From Paraspadella gotoi (taxonomy: Eukaryota; Animalia; Chaetognatha): a stretch of DNA of 64,000 nt. The notes beneath the pieces were generated by a model, which was not told the DNA's origin, ran no database searches, and saw only the letters and a list, made by a program, of their open reading frames with translations. The position numbers and the translations under genes were made by a program. Position 1 is the first letter of the stretch. Each line of letters begins with the position of its first letter. This document shows, piece after piece, positions 10,750 to 22,507 of this stretch. The stretch is taken from positions 14,501,694-14,565,693 of the forward strand of contig CM119267.1 of NCBI GenBank assembly GCA_051294375.1, read 5' to 3'.

Positions 10750-12216
10750 ATGGTTATCGCGGGAAGAAATACTTGGCGTCTTTTAACTTCTGTCAATCCC
10801 ATCCGTCCAAGATTTCATCACAGTGCCCATAAAAAAATCTACGAAACTCTGTTCCTCTATTTAAGCTCAAAAATGACATTGACCACCCCGACCCATCTTG
10901 GCATCCAGGGCCCGCCACCCGACGTCAAGGGGATGTCCATCCTGAACCGAGAAGCGTTTCGCATGAGAGTCTCATATCCCGCTCTGCGCGTTGAAACGTC
11001 TTGGATAAAATCTCTTTTTCAATCGACCAAAAGGATCAAACTTCATCAGCGAAAAGTGAATTCGTTGATACCCGAGGACGGAAATGAAAAGGACGAAACC
11101 GGAAGTAAGCGGCTTCTGCTTTTGAACCCCAAATTGTGTCCAACTTTTGACGCCACGCTGTCCCAATTAGACTCGACAGGAAAATCTTTTTTCGAGCACT
11201 TTCAAATACAGGAGAAAAATTTCACGTATCACTCGGTCGAGCTGAATTACGACTGTTTTGACGCCGATACGGTTCTCCGTTGGATTCTTCCGGAGGAGGT
11301 CGGACCAGTCGTCGGTTTTACCTCCTGCGGTCACGTATTACACTTGAATTTGAAGGAGCATCACTGGCCCTATAAGAAACTGATCGGTCAGGTGTTCTTG
11401 GACAAAGTGCCGACGGCCAAGACGGTCGTCAATAAGACCTCTGAGATAGATAGCGTCTTTCGAAACTTTGAGTACGAGATCCTCGCCGGGGAAAACAATT
11501 TGATCACCTCTGTCCGCGAAAGCGACTGCTCCTTTGAACTCGATTATAGCAAGGTCTACTGGAATTCGCGCCTTTCTACGGAGCACGATCGCGTCGTTTC
11601 ATCTCTTCCGGTCGGAGCCGTCGTCTATGACGTTTTCGCTGGCGTCGGCCCCTTCGCCATCCCCGCAGCAAAAGCTAAAAAGTGTCGGGTTTTCGCCAAC
11701 GACCTCAACCCCGATTCGTTCAAGTGGCTCTCGCGAAATGTGCAACTGAATGATTCCAAGAGGAACCCCATTGCTTCTCGCGTCCACTGCTACAATATGG
11801 ACGGACGGGAATTTTTGCGTAACGTCGTACTTCCTGACGTGGAAAAGAGATGGAGAGAAGGTGGGGAGGAAGAAATGTTCGTGGTGATGAATCTGCCCGC
11901 TCTCGCCGTTGAATTCCTCGATGTTTTCGGCGGGTGTTTAAAGGAGACGGAGACGCGGGCGACTACGAAAACTCGGACCGACAAATTTTTGACGATCTTT
12001 TGCTATTCCTTTTCGAAGGCCGATGACGTGATCGTAGATACGAAGGCTCGAGTCGAGAGCCGTTTAGGAATCGCTTTGGACTCCGCGGATTGCGCCATTC
12101 GAAGCGTGCGAAACGTTGCTCCAAACAAATGGATGACCGTTGCAAGGTTCAAGCTGAGCGAGGATTACTTAACTTGTGCTTGCTCGCCCGCTAAAAAAAT
12201 TAAGCTCTCATGTTAG
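10750..12216 (+). CDS. TRMT5: tRNA (guanine37-N1)-methyltransferase Trm5, intronless
   Basis: Motifs GHVLHLNL, VVNKTSEIDSVFRNF, VYWNSRLSTEH, the SAM motif DVFAGVGPFAIP, ANDLNPDS and VMNLPA. The N-terminus resembles a mitochondrial presequence. Confidence 0.95.
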   Translation: MVIAGRNTWRLLTSVNPIRPRFHHSAHKKIYETLFLYLSSKMTLTTPTHLGIQGPPPDVKGMSILNREAFRMRVSYPALRVETSWIKSLFQSTKRIKLHQRKVNSLIPEDGNEKDETGSKRLLLLNPKLCPTFDATLSQLDSTGKSFFEHFQIQEKNFTYHSVELNYDCFDADTVLRWILPEEVGPVVGFTSCGHVLHLNLKEHHWPYKKLIGQVFLDKVPTAKTVVNKTSEIDSVFRNFEYEILAGENNLITSVRESDCSFELDYSKVYWNSRLSTEHDRVVSSLPVGAVVYDVFAGVGPFAIPAAKAKKCRVFANDLNPDSFKWLSRNVQLNDSKRNPIASRVHCYNMDGREFLRNVVLPDVEKRWREGGEEEMFVVMNLPALAVEFLDVFGGCLKETETRATTKTRTDKFLTIFCYSFSKADDVIVDTKARVESRLGIALDSADCAIRSVRNVAPNKWMTVARFKLSEDYLTCACSPAKKIKLSC

Positions 12217-12284
12217 ACATAGACTTGCCATGCATCTAGTTTAAATACATATATTTTTTCTTAATTTATGTTTCAGAGCCAACT

Positions 12285-13457
12285 ATGCCTCTTTCCTTAA
12301 TTGACTTGCCGCAAAAACTGTTGGCGTCCATCTGTCGTTATTTGGACCCCACCGAATTCGCGCGCCTTTCCTGCTCCTGCCGAACTTTTCGCCATCTCTT
12401 CGATTCCGATATTGTCTGGGAAGATTACATTCGTAGAGAATTTAATATCCCTAAGTTCTCGTATCAGTATCTCTCATCGAAAATTTTTTACAAAAGAATC
12501 TTGCGCAATTTCAAGTTCGCACTTGGCTTATGGTTCATGGATTTTCCCCACACTGGCGGCCTGATGAGAGTCTCCGTACACAATGGGACGCTGCTTGCCG
12601 AAGAGATAGTGGCTCCGGTTGTACAAAGTGACGTTTTCTCTCCCACTACCATGCGAAACTTATTTAGAGTTCGATACGATCGTCGGTCGAAAAGAGCCAA
12701 GATTGACTGCCTTCTCGGGAAAGAGTTGATGCCTTCTGTCGACTGCCTTCAAGGCACTCTGTTCAAAGTGATCGAACGTTCTGACGGTAGACTTTTTATG
12801 CGGTGCACGAGCGGGAAAACTCACACCGAAAAATTAGCTCTGGCAAACCTCGACGTACAGGATCCTCACAGAAAAAAGATCGAGTTTACTCGCGGATACA
12901 AGAGATGGGTTCTGAACAATTTCCAATGCATCTGCAAAAAAATTATCGTTCCGACATTTCCAACCCCGATCCGATTTCAACCCGGTTTTTTCAAGGGTTC
13001 GTTCAACGATCATGGCGTCGAGTTGCTAGTCTTGGCTTACGTTGATGGAACGGGTAAAGCGCTTCACGGGGCCAAGGTGACGGGGGATCCTAACGTACCC
13101 GCCATGCAAATGTCTTTTTTCGTTTATTTCAACCAATCTTACTTTCCTGACATATCTCAGCAACACTCGCTCAAATCTTTGAAGGAGATGCCGCCTACGT
13201 TTAATGACTTTCCACCGTCTTTCGAACCGCAACCTTTTTATATGCCGAGAAGGCTGCACGTCGAAGTCAGAGGATTTCGAGTCCCGGATACATGTATGGG
13301 AAGATTTAATTCTGAACTACTCGTAGCTGGTCCTAATTTTACGAATCCTTCCTATATTCGAGCTCAGATGATTTTTTTCAACTACAGTTTGTTGGGCATG
13401 ATTGTTTACGAAATGAATAGCATGCTAATTTTTCATCGTGCGGCCCATTTTTCATAA
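12285..13457 (+). CDS. FBXO31: F-box protein, FBXO31-like, intronless
   Basis: N-terminal F-box (LIDLPQKLLASICRYLDP...W). PGFFKGSFNDHGVELLVL and KVTGDPNVPA resemble the FBXO31 C-terminal domain. Confidence 0.8.
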   Translation: MPLSLIDLPQKLLASICRYLDPTEFARLSCSCRTFRHLFDSDIVWEDYIRREFNIPKFSYQYLSSKIFYKRILRNFKFALGLWFMDFPHTGGLMRVSVHNGTLLAEEIVAPVVQSDVFSPTTMRNLFRVRYDRRSKRAKIDCLLGKELMPSVDCLQGTLFKVIERSDGRLFMRCTSGKTHTEKLALANLDVQDPHRKKIEFTRGYKRWVLNNFQCICKKIIVPTFPTPIRFQPGFFKGSFNDHGVELLVLAYVDGTGKALHGAKVTGDPNVPAMQMSFFVYFNQSYFPDISQQHSLKSLKEMPPTFNDFPPSFEPQPFYMPRRLHVEVRGFRVPDTCMGRFNSELLVAGPNFTNPSYIRAQMIFFNYSLLGMIVYEMNSMLIFHRAAHFS

Positions 13458-13774
13458 TATTTTTACTAAACTTTTTTTAAATGGTTACTGGTTTATTTCA
13501 CCAAGTCTAATTGGTAAAAAATTCATTTTGAAAATTATTATATGAGAAATGTAAAATTTGCGACTCAGGTTATATTGCACATACATAATCTTGCGTCTTA
13601 GTAATTTTGAATTTTATATGTAGTTAGTACGAACTTTTTATATACCTAAAGTTATATTTTTACATTAAACAGTTCACTTTTAACCGTTTGTTTTTATTTG
13701 TGATATTTAAAGCAGATTTTTTTGAAATCATTGGTCTGTTTTTGACCTATAATATCTTTTTATTACTTATAGAA

Positions 13775-14278
13775 ATGCCGGGTCCATCCAACATTTTTGA
13801 TAAACTGTGGCTCGGTAATTGGGACGACGCTCGTAACGAGAAATTACTGAAATCGCTTTCAGTTTCTCACATTTTGACAGTGGGAAACCGAGCCTTGTCG
13901 GCCGAAGCTCGGGGTGGCTTCGTGTACAAATTTGTGGAGGCTTTCGACTGCGAATCACAAAACATTTTAGTTCATTTTCGCGATTGTTTTCAGTTTATCG
14001 AGGAGGGTCTCAGAGAGGGAGGCGTTTTGGTTCATTGCCACATGGGTTTCTCTAGAAGCGCCGCGATCGTGATGGGATTTCTTATGAAGTCCCGAAAGAT
14101 AGAATATTCTGATGCCTCTACAATTGTGAGAAAAAAGCGTCTAGTCGGTCCCAATCTCGGATTCGTGAAACAACTGAAACTGTTTGAATACGAAGAATTC
14201 AATACAGACTTAGATTATTCTTCGTGGGATTCGACGAAGGCCGTCCCGAGTTTACCTTACCAAGCAGGATTACCTTAA
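13775..14278 (+). CDS. Atypical dual-specificity phosphatase (catalytic domain only)
   Basis: Motifs LWLGN, active-site VLVHCHMGFSRSA and PNLGFVKQL. The ATG follows a TTATAG acceptor ending at 13772. Confidence 0.9.
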   Translation: MPGPSNIFDKLWLGNWDDARNEKLLKSLSVSHILTVGNRALSAEARGGFVYKFVEAFDCESQNILVHFRDCFQFIEEGLREGGVLVHCHMGFSRSAAIVMGFLMKSRKIEYSDASTIVRKKRLVGPNLGFVKQLKLFEYEEFNTDLDYSSWDSTKAVPSLPYQAGLP

Positions 14279-15012
14279 CTTAAGATTTTGCTTTTTTTGC
14301 TGTCTTTATTTGTATTTTTTATTTTTGATGTTAGTTGATTGTTTTTTGGCAACCGATTTTACCTTTTCAATGTCTTTTGGCAGTGATTTCAATCGAGGAA
14401 TTCAGCAAATAAAAACACTTTTTGCAATGTTGCTAGAATATTACCTACAAAATTAATTAAATTTTAACCCTAAAACAAAGTGGGCTAGACTACAAATTAA
14501 TTGAAATCATCTGCAGCATTTTCTAATCAAAAATCAATATCATTTTTGCTACTTTTAATAAAAAAAATTATGTCCATTTTTGTCCATTTTGACTTTTGTC
14601 TTGAGATTTGAATGCCAAGATGGTTTGAGAAAAAAAATTATTTCGGTTTTCAGCTCCTTTTTATCTTCCTTACCTCTGAGTCAGTTCATATTCAATTGAA
14701 AATTTGTTTGCCTTTGAATTAATTTTAAAATTGACTAGTCAAAAACTCACATTTTTAGTTTTTATTACAATTTATTAAACAAAAATTGATTTACTTACAA
14801 TTCTAGGCAAATATTCCTTATCAACTGAGCTTCCAACACCTAAAAAATTATGGCAAAATATTCAATACTTTGGCTTCGTGAAATTCCTTTCGTTTCGTTG
14901 TGTTTAAATTAGTAGAAGAAGTTTGAATTGGTTTACAACAACGATTTTATTGGTACATAGGGACATAGGGACTCGACCACATCGTCACTGCCTTTCATTT
15001 GCTTCAACCAAA

Positions 15013-15560
15013 GGGGGCCAGCTCATTTTGAGCTCTTTCTTAATTCTTAAATTTCACTTTCCACATTAATATCTTTCAAACTGAATTCTCCCTTTCCTTT
15101 CACATTTCAATTTCACTGTTTCATACTCAATTATTTATTAAGTAGTTTAATGTTAAAATATTTATTTCACTGTTAGTTTAAATCATTTATCTCTATTGTA
15201 CATTGCACAATGTATTGTTTCTAATGTTTCTTTTCTCTCTCTCTCTATCTCTCTCTCTCTATCTCTCTCTCTCAAAATTTTCACCACTTAATTTCTTTTC
15301 ACAATCTAGCTCAATCTGTCTTCACCTTAACCTGTCCTCACATCTGACCACTATTCTTTTCTCAACTCTGTGTTGGAAACTTTGCCCTCTCTCTGTCTCC
15401 CTCTCTCTCTCTCTCTCTTACTTTTCCTTTGCACAAATAGTTTGTAAAAATTCACAAACAATTTTTCTATGGCGCTGAAGGCTTGTAATTTAAAGCCGAA
15501 ACATGTACGTCCCATTGTACCAATAAAATCGTTGTTGTAAACAAATTCAAACTTCTTCTA
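15013..15560 (+). mobile_element. Penelope-like pLTR copy whose hammerhead lacks TGA in the core
   Basis: GGGGGCCAGCTCATTTTGAGCTCTTTCTT matches the reverse complement of 50858-50890. It has (CT)n tracts and CTGAAGGCTT...AAGCCGAAACATGTA at 15475-15507. A duplicate lies at about 32840-33140. Confidence 0.65.
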
Positions 15561-16704
15561 CTAATACTTTGGCTGTATAAAAAATTTTAAGCCAACTTTT
15601 AATTTGTGAGGTTTTGTAAGGTGCGTTTTTTATAAACTAAAACTCGTTTTTTAACTAATTTTATAGTTATATCTGATGAGAAACACACTTTTTTAAATAA
15701 AAAAAAAAACCGCATTCCTTTAATCTCATGGGAAGCTTCAGGACATTTTTTTCTCCCAATCGACACGTTTTTGCGAAAAATTTTTTTTCAAAAATCTGTC
15801 GATTTTTTAACCCTAGGCAACCAAACTTTCCGCTAAAATCTTGCACTACCCTATTTTTTTCTTACAATACATTCAGTATGATTTAAATTTAAAAAAATTA
15901 GTGAGAAGGAGAAAAGGTAAGAGAAGCAGAGTATGGGTGAAAAAAAGGGGCAGGGAGAGGGAGAACAAGTGAAAAAAAAATTATTATATGGGGAGAATAG
16001 GTAGAACGAGAATGATTAAGAGAAAAGAAAAAACAAGAAAGAAGGAAGAAAGAGAATCAGAGAGGGAGTGAAAAGCAGAGATAGAGCGGAAGGGAAATAA
16101 AGGTAAAGGAAGAAAAGAATGGATGACACAGATAATTATGAGGAGAGAAAAGTAAGAGAAAGGGAGAAAGACAGAGTGAAAGAGAGAGGGACAGAGAGAA
16201 AGTTCAAAAGAGAAAAGTAAATAAGAAAAGGAGTGGAAAAAAATAAAAAGTTTTATACTATAGCATACCGTTTTTTATTGTCGCAATCGCTTTGCGTTTG
16301 CGACGATATTGCTGTGGTTTTGCACATAAGTGGCGTCGTTGTCGTCGTCGGCGGCGTTCCAAATTATAGATCGCCTTTTTATCGTCGCTAACGCTTTTGC
16401 GCAAACGCTTGTAACGCTTTTGCGCATAAGTGGCGTCGTCGTCGGCGTTGTTGTCGGCGTTCCAAATTATAGATCGCCTTTTTTATGATTAAATTTGGGT
16501 GTATGAAGCTGAAAATTTATATACAGCTTCTCATCATCGATGTGCTTAAAATTGAGTCTGGATAGTTATTAAATATGTTTTGTTTATGTTTTATCAAAAA
16601 ATATCTTTTATTTTTATATTTCTTTCTCTCTCTCTCCTCTTTTAATTACATATCTCTCTCCCTCTCTCTTTTCCCTAGTCACTGATTCATAGGGGAAAAA
16701 ATGA

Positions 16705-16900
16705 GTCTGCAGCTGGCTCTGCAGGGGCTTATTCTTTTTCTCTCTTTTCTCCTGCTGCTTCTGCTGCTGCCTTTTGATTTCTTTTTCTGCAGCTGGCTCT
16801 GCAGGGGCTCTTTCTTTTTCTCTCTTTTCTCCTGCTGCTTCTGCTGCTGCCTTTTGATTTCTTTTTTTTCTGGGTGCCTCTGCTGCTGCCGCTGCTGATT
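16705..16900. repeat. About 80-bp tandem repeat (CTGCAGCTGGCTCTGCAGGGG...CTGCTGCTTCTGCTGCTGCC)
   Basis: About 2.5 copies. It also occurs at 34912-35110. Confidence 0.8.
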
Positions 16901-16966
16901 CGTCTGAAAACGATTTGGCTTCTCTCTATCTCTTGAATTGAGTACTGAGTAGGGGTAGGGGTAGAG

Positions 16967-19900
16967 TAGGGGTAGCCGCACTCAATGGGGTGAGTCAATA
17001 AATTTAGAGTGAGTACATGCTCAAACGAATATTTAGACATTTTTAAGAATCTTCCAATGGACAAAAAATTCTAATATGGCTCTATACCCTAGTAATTAAT
17101 TTTTTAATATTTATTTATAGATAGGAAGGCCAAAAATTTTTTTAGAATTTTTTAATTTTAAGACCAGATTCAGATACCTCATAAAAAGTTGTCTACACAA
17201 GTATAATTCTTTTTTAAATATTTTTACGATAAGTGTGTCAAAAATAGAAAAACCGTAAAAAATCATCATCATCATTAGACCTTGCCATATATGAAAAGTT
17301 TTGTCAAAAACGAGTATTGTGTAAAAGGTGCCATACATCAATAATAATTTTGAACATTTTTTTTCCAAAAAAATTTACAGTAAATGCTGCCAACTTTGAA
17401 AAAAATGAAAAAAATGGTAAAAAATGGACTTTTTGCTAAATATCTTTAAAAGCTTTATTGCTAGAGGGACGAAACCCAAACTATCTTGTAGAGTGGAAAA
17501 AATTGACTGTTACATACCTCGCATTATAAATTAAGTTAGTTTTTTACTAAGGAAAATTTTTTTTAAAACCTATTGTTTTGGTCAATTTTTGATAAAATTT
17601 TTAAAAAATGATATTTTTTTACAATGTTGGTGAAATATTTGTAAAAAAAATTATGGCAAATTGAATAAAGAAATAATTGCCTTTGTTTTGCTGAAAGAAT
17701 TTTTAAAAAGGATTATTGGTTAAAGAGTTATAATTTTTTTAAATAAAAAAAAATCACTTTTCTTAATCATTATTTTTATTTATAGGTTTGAACTAAGCTA
17801 AAGAGAAAAAGGGAATGCACTTTTTTCAGAGTAAATGAAAAAAATAGTAAATTCTGATTTGACAATGGGTAACTTTAATATTTTGTCTCACCAGGTCATT
17901 AAAGTTTTTTTAAATTTTTATCATTTTATAATGGAATTATGACTTTTAAATAAGGTAGTTTTTTAATTTTTTTTATATAAAAGAAAAAGAAAAATTGACA
18001 AAAGCGATTAGATGATTAAAAATTAAATAATGAGACAAAAAGAGTAAAATTAATGAAAGTTAAATAACTGAGAAAAGAGTTGCTTGTGCTTGCCGGTCGA
18101 GAAAAAAAAGGTTTAGTGCCAAAGAAAGAAACTAGTTATTCTGTTTTTTTTGTTATCTATTCATGATTTAAAGTTAATAATTAAGTCTATTGTAAATAGT
18201 CGATTTAGTTTAAAATATAATTTTTAATTCATCTTTGATTTTTATTAATTTCATATCTTTATAGTTGATGAATTTATCAACAAGTCGGATCTATTCTTAA
18301 ATTTACAAGCAAGCTTAATATATTTTTCCAAGTCTTTTACAACTTTTGATTAAGCAATATATTTAACACAAATTATAATTCAACTCAGTTCTGGAGAACT
18401 AGCTTGACAAAGGTAATTTATGAAAAAAATAGAATAACTAGTTTTTTTCTTTTGGTACTCTAGATGATGACTTTTTTTTTTCTCGATCGGTAAGCAGCAA
18501 GCAACTCTTCTCTCTGTTGCTTTTTTTGTCTTATTTTATCAATTTTTAATCATCTAATCGCTTTTGTCAATTTTTCTTTTTCTTTTATATAAAAAAAAAT
18601 TAAAAAACTACCTAATTTAAAAGTCATAATTCCATTATAAAATGATAAAAATTTAATAAAAAAACTTTAATGACACAGTGAGACAAAATATTAAAGTTAC
18701 CCATTGTCAAATCAGAATTTACTATTTTTTTTATTTACTCTGAAAAAAGTGCATTCCCTTTTTCCCTTTAGCCTAGTTCAAACCTATTAAATAAAAATAA
18801 TTATTAAGAAAAGTGATTTTTTTTTTAATTTAAAAAAATTATAACTTTTTAACCAATAATCCTTTTTTAAAATTCTTTCAGCAAAACAAAGGCAATTATT
18901 TCTTTATTCAATTTGCCATAATTTTTTTTACAAAATATTTCACGAACATTGTAAAAAAATATCATTTTTTAAAAATTTTATCAAAAATTGACCAAAACAA
19001 TAGGTTTTTAAAAAAATTTTCCTTAGTAAAAAAATAACTTTATTTATAATGCGAGGTATGTAACATAGTCAATTTTTTCCACTCTACAAGATAGTTTGGG
19101 TTTCGTCCCTCTAGCAATAAAACTTTTAAAGATATTTAACAAAAAGTCCATTTTTTACCTTTTTTTTCAAAGTTGGCAGCATTTACTGTATATTTTTTTT
19201 GAGAAAAAAATGTTCAAAAAATTCATATGATGTATGGGCACCAATTTTAACAATACATCGTTTTGATTTCAAAATTTTCATATATGGCCAAGGTCTAATC
19301 ATCATCTTCGATGATTTTATCAGTTTTTTATATTTTCACTTAGAAACGTAAGATTTTTAAAAGCTGTATTATTTTCTTGTTTTGACTTTTATGTCTATAA
19401 ATCATAAAAAAATTTTAAGATTTAAAAAAAATATTTTTTTGCTCTATATAGTAATATAATATTTTAATTAGCTAGTACCTCAGAAGAAAGCATTTTTGAC
19501 AAAAATATTTATAAATAATCTATGTCATGATAGATTATTTTAACGCTGTATACATTAGCATTTAAATTTCATTGTATGCTACCTAAGACGTAACAAATCT
19601 CCAATTACTTTTTGTTACCACGAGGATAGAACATCTAATCATTGTTATCTTAAATTTTACGGTTTTGATTGTCCTAACCACTAATTTTGAAATAGTTCTA
19701 CACTATTTACGTTATAATGTTTAGTATCTTAAATGTTGAACAATCATGTTGTTATGCGTAACGATATTAATATCTGAGCCAAAAGGCTACATAGGCTCAA
19801 TAGGCGTGCCCAAGGCCGTATTCGTTATATTTCATTCTCATTCTCTCTCTCTGCATTCGATAAACTGCTCGCTTATGCGGGCTAAAAGTAAAACAAAAGT

Positions 19901-20720
19901 ACCTTCAATAATGTCTCTCCAGACTTAGCATGCTAAAAATTAAATACGAAAATAAGTTATTTTACTGTTTTATATATATATTTTTTTTTTTTCTTTTGTT
20001 TATAAATTAATTTCTTTTCTTAAATTTGATTTTTTTTAGTATCAAATTTGTCGTCAATCCAGATTTTTCTTATGCGATTGCGACGATCCTTATGTTTTTA
20101 AGATTTTTGCCTAAGCTAGCCATAGCGATGAAATTTAAATGCTAATGTATACAGCGTTAAATAATTACTCATGACCATAGATTATGGTATTAAAATTTTT
20201 TTGTCAAAAATGCTTTCTTCTGAGGGTACTCGCCTAATTAAAAATATTATATTAACTATATTGAGCAAAAAATATTTTTTTAAAATCTTAAAATTTTTTG
20301 ATGGATTCTGATAGAGCATAAAAAGTTAAACAAGAAATATAATTACAGCTTTTAAAAATTCTTTACGTTTTTTAAGTGAAAATATAAAAAACTGATAAAA
20401 TCATTGAAAGATGATGATGATGATGATTTTTTATAGGTTTTTCTTATTTTTGACACACTTATCGTAAAAATATTTAAAAAAGAATCATACTTTGTGTAGA
20501 CAACTTTTTATGAGCTATCTGAATCTGGTCTTAAATTTAAAAATTCCAAAAAAAAATTTTGGCCTTTCCTATCTTATAATAAATATTAAAAAATTAATTA
20601 CTAGGGTAGAGCCATATTAGAAATTTTTTGTCCATTGAAAGTATTCTTAAAAATGTCTAAATATTCGTTTGAGCATTACTCACTCTAATTTTTTGATACC
20701 CATTGAGTGCGGCTACCCTA
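16967..20720. mobile_element. Inverted pair of an about 600-bp repeat ending TAGGGGTAGCCGCACTCAATGGGGTGAGTC
   Basis: Left arm 16967-19590 (interrupted) and right arm 20110-20720. The same pair lies at 35190-36955, a partial copy at 32575-32799 and a solo arm at 63230-63972. Confidence 0.8.
17276..19297. mobile_element. About 2-kb foldback element, possibly hAT-like and non-autonomous
   Basis: Termini TAGACCTTGCCATATATGAAAA / TTTTCATATATGGCCAAGGTCTA with inverted arms of about 870 bp. ATCATCAT flanks both sides. It is absent at the matching site 35484-35498. Confidence 0.8.
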
Positions 20721-21063
20721 CTAAGCAGTAGTATATCTAAATACGCGACAGATCTTACGAGAATCTTAAAAGTTGGTCTACCATGAAAAATCGTTTTAGT
20801 TTCTTCTAATTAAGACTGATACCGTAATTAGATTGATCGTCGTAAAAGAAATCATGTCTTACACGTATTTTTGAAAGCATAGAAATTCACTAGTGACTTC
20901 TATGTTATAAAGAAGATAACTATAGCCTACCGTTTTTTAAATAAAGGGTGTTTCATATTTATCAGTGGGAAAAAAAGTAATAATAGTTAGTAAAGTTCCA
21001 ATTCATTGTTGAAAATACCCGAATCAAAATCACTGCTTTTAGAAGCAGACAAAAGCTCATATC

Positions 21064-22306
21064 ATGAAACAAGAGACTTTCGTCAAAGGAGAGCGACTAA
21101 AATTGCTCATTCACGTTATAAATCCGGAAGAAAACTCTTTTGTGACCGCTGATGGATTGCTGTCGTGTATGAGGAATGAACCTCGGGATTGAATCGGATT
21201 ATAAAATCGACGACCTGATCGTTTCCAGGCGTAGTCGTTATCCGTTCTCAGTTCACCGCCATCTCGTGGAGAGAACGTACTTGGTTTTTATCAGGATAAT
21301 TTCTACCGAGCCATCGTGCTTGAGTCCGACGTGGCGTCGGCGAGGATCTGGTTTACCGATTATGGCAACATCGCAACTGTCGCTCTGAAGGATCTGCGCG
21401 TCTTACCGAGGAAATGGCCAAGGAGAAGGCCGTTTCCATTTTGTGCAAATAGACGGGAGTTTAGTTGAAAGTCAAGTCAGGGAATTCAACGATGAGTTGT
21501 CGAGGAAGAAAAGACCTATAGCCGAACTGAGGTTCATTGAAAAAATCGAGGATCTACACGGCGGGTACTCCGTAGAAGTGCTGTTGGATGCGAAGGATCA
21601 TATTTCAGTGTCACCTTCCAAAATTTTTTTCGCGTGTCATCGAATCGTTTGTCCATTTGGGAGATTTTTGATTTGCCCCTCCGTGGAGACAAACGAGCAG
21701 AAAACTTTAAAGAAAAACATGGCAAGTTTATAATTCAGAAGACATTCCTCTCTGCGCGGAACCACCGACCGTCGGCAGTTCGTTGCCGCAAAATATGAGG
21801 GAGACTACTATCGAGCCGAAGTTCTGTCCGTTTCGGGCAATAGCCTCCGTCTTGTTTTCATGGACTACGGAAATATGGCTAATACAGGATTTTCCAAAGT
21901 TAAGATTTTAAAAAGAACGACATCTACGCGGCCGTGCCGCAATCCACGAGGTGTTGTTTAAAAACTAACGAAGACGAGAGTCCAGTGGATTGGCCCGAAG
22001 ATAGGTGCCGAGCCGTTCTTAGGGATTTGCCCCACAAGTTGAGTGCCAGGTTCTTCGAACGATAAGACGGGGGAAAAGTCCATTGTCGAGTTATGGGTTG
22101 CGGGCAACCTTTTTCTGAGCAAATGAATCACAAAGGAACTGACGACACTTCGTTTGGAAAAAACCGCAAAAGAAGAAAGAGCAACACACTCTCATCCGAG
22201 GACGATCGAAGGCGAGCCACAAGCGCTCGATGAATTAGAGGATCGCATGAGAAGATTGGAGGAAATGTTGGCGACATTTACTAAAAGTAAATGCAACATT
22301 TACTAA
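21064..22306 (+). pseudogene. Frameshifted copy of the Tudor gene at 37307-38563 (likely sequencing-error copy)
   Basis: Near-identical DNA with many single-base indels and very few substitutions. Confidence 0.75.
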
Positions 22307-22507
22307 AAGTAAATGCAACATTTACTAAAAGTACTGTACAGATACCATATACACATTAATGAATTTATCTAGTTTTGCGCTTTATAATTATATTGTTTTT
22401 TCAACAAAATAATACTATAGTTTATGTATCTGCATGTATGAATAAATTTATTTCCTTCTTTTTTTTTTTTGCCTAATCGGCTTAGTGCCAGTAACAAAAC
22501 GACAATC

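Larger units (their letters stand above)
16272..20108 (+). mobile_element. DINE/HINE-like element with nested insertions (copy at about 34475-36340)
   Basis: Subterminal inverted repeat GTCGCAATCGC (16280-16290) / GCGATTGCGAC (20074-20084), a nearby 5' inverted copy and a (GTC)-rich tract. It ends GATCCTTATGTTTTTAAGATTTTT in T-rich flanks. Confidence 0.5.

Noticed and set aside
16679-17064. Q/K/E-rich ORFs here and at 34848-35145
   Set aside because: They are translations of a tandem repeat inside a mobile element, open in several frames.
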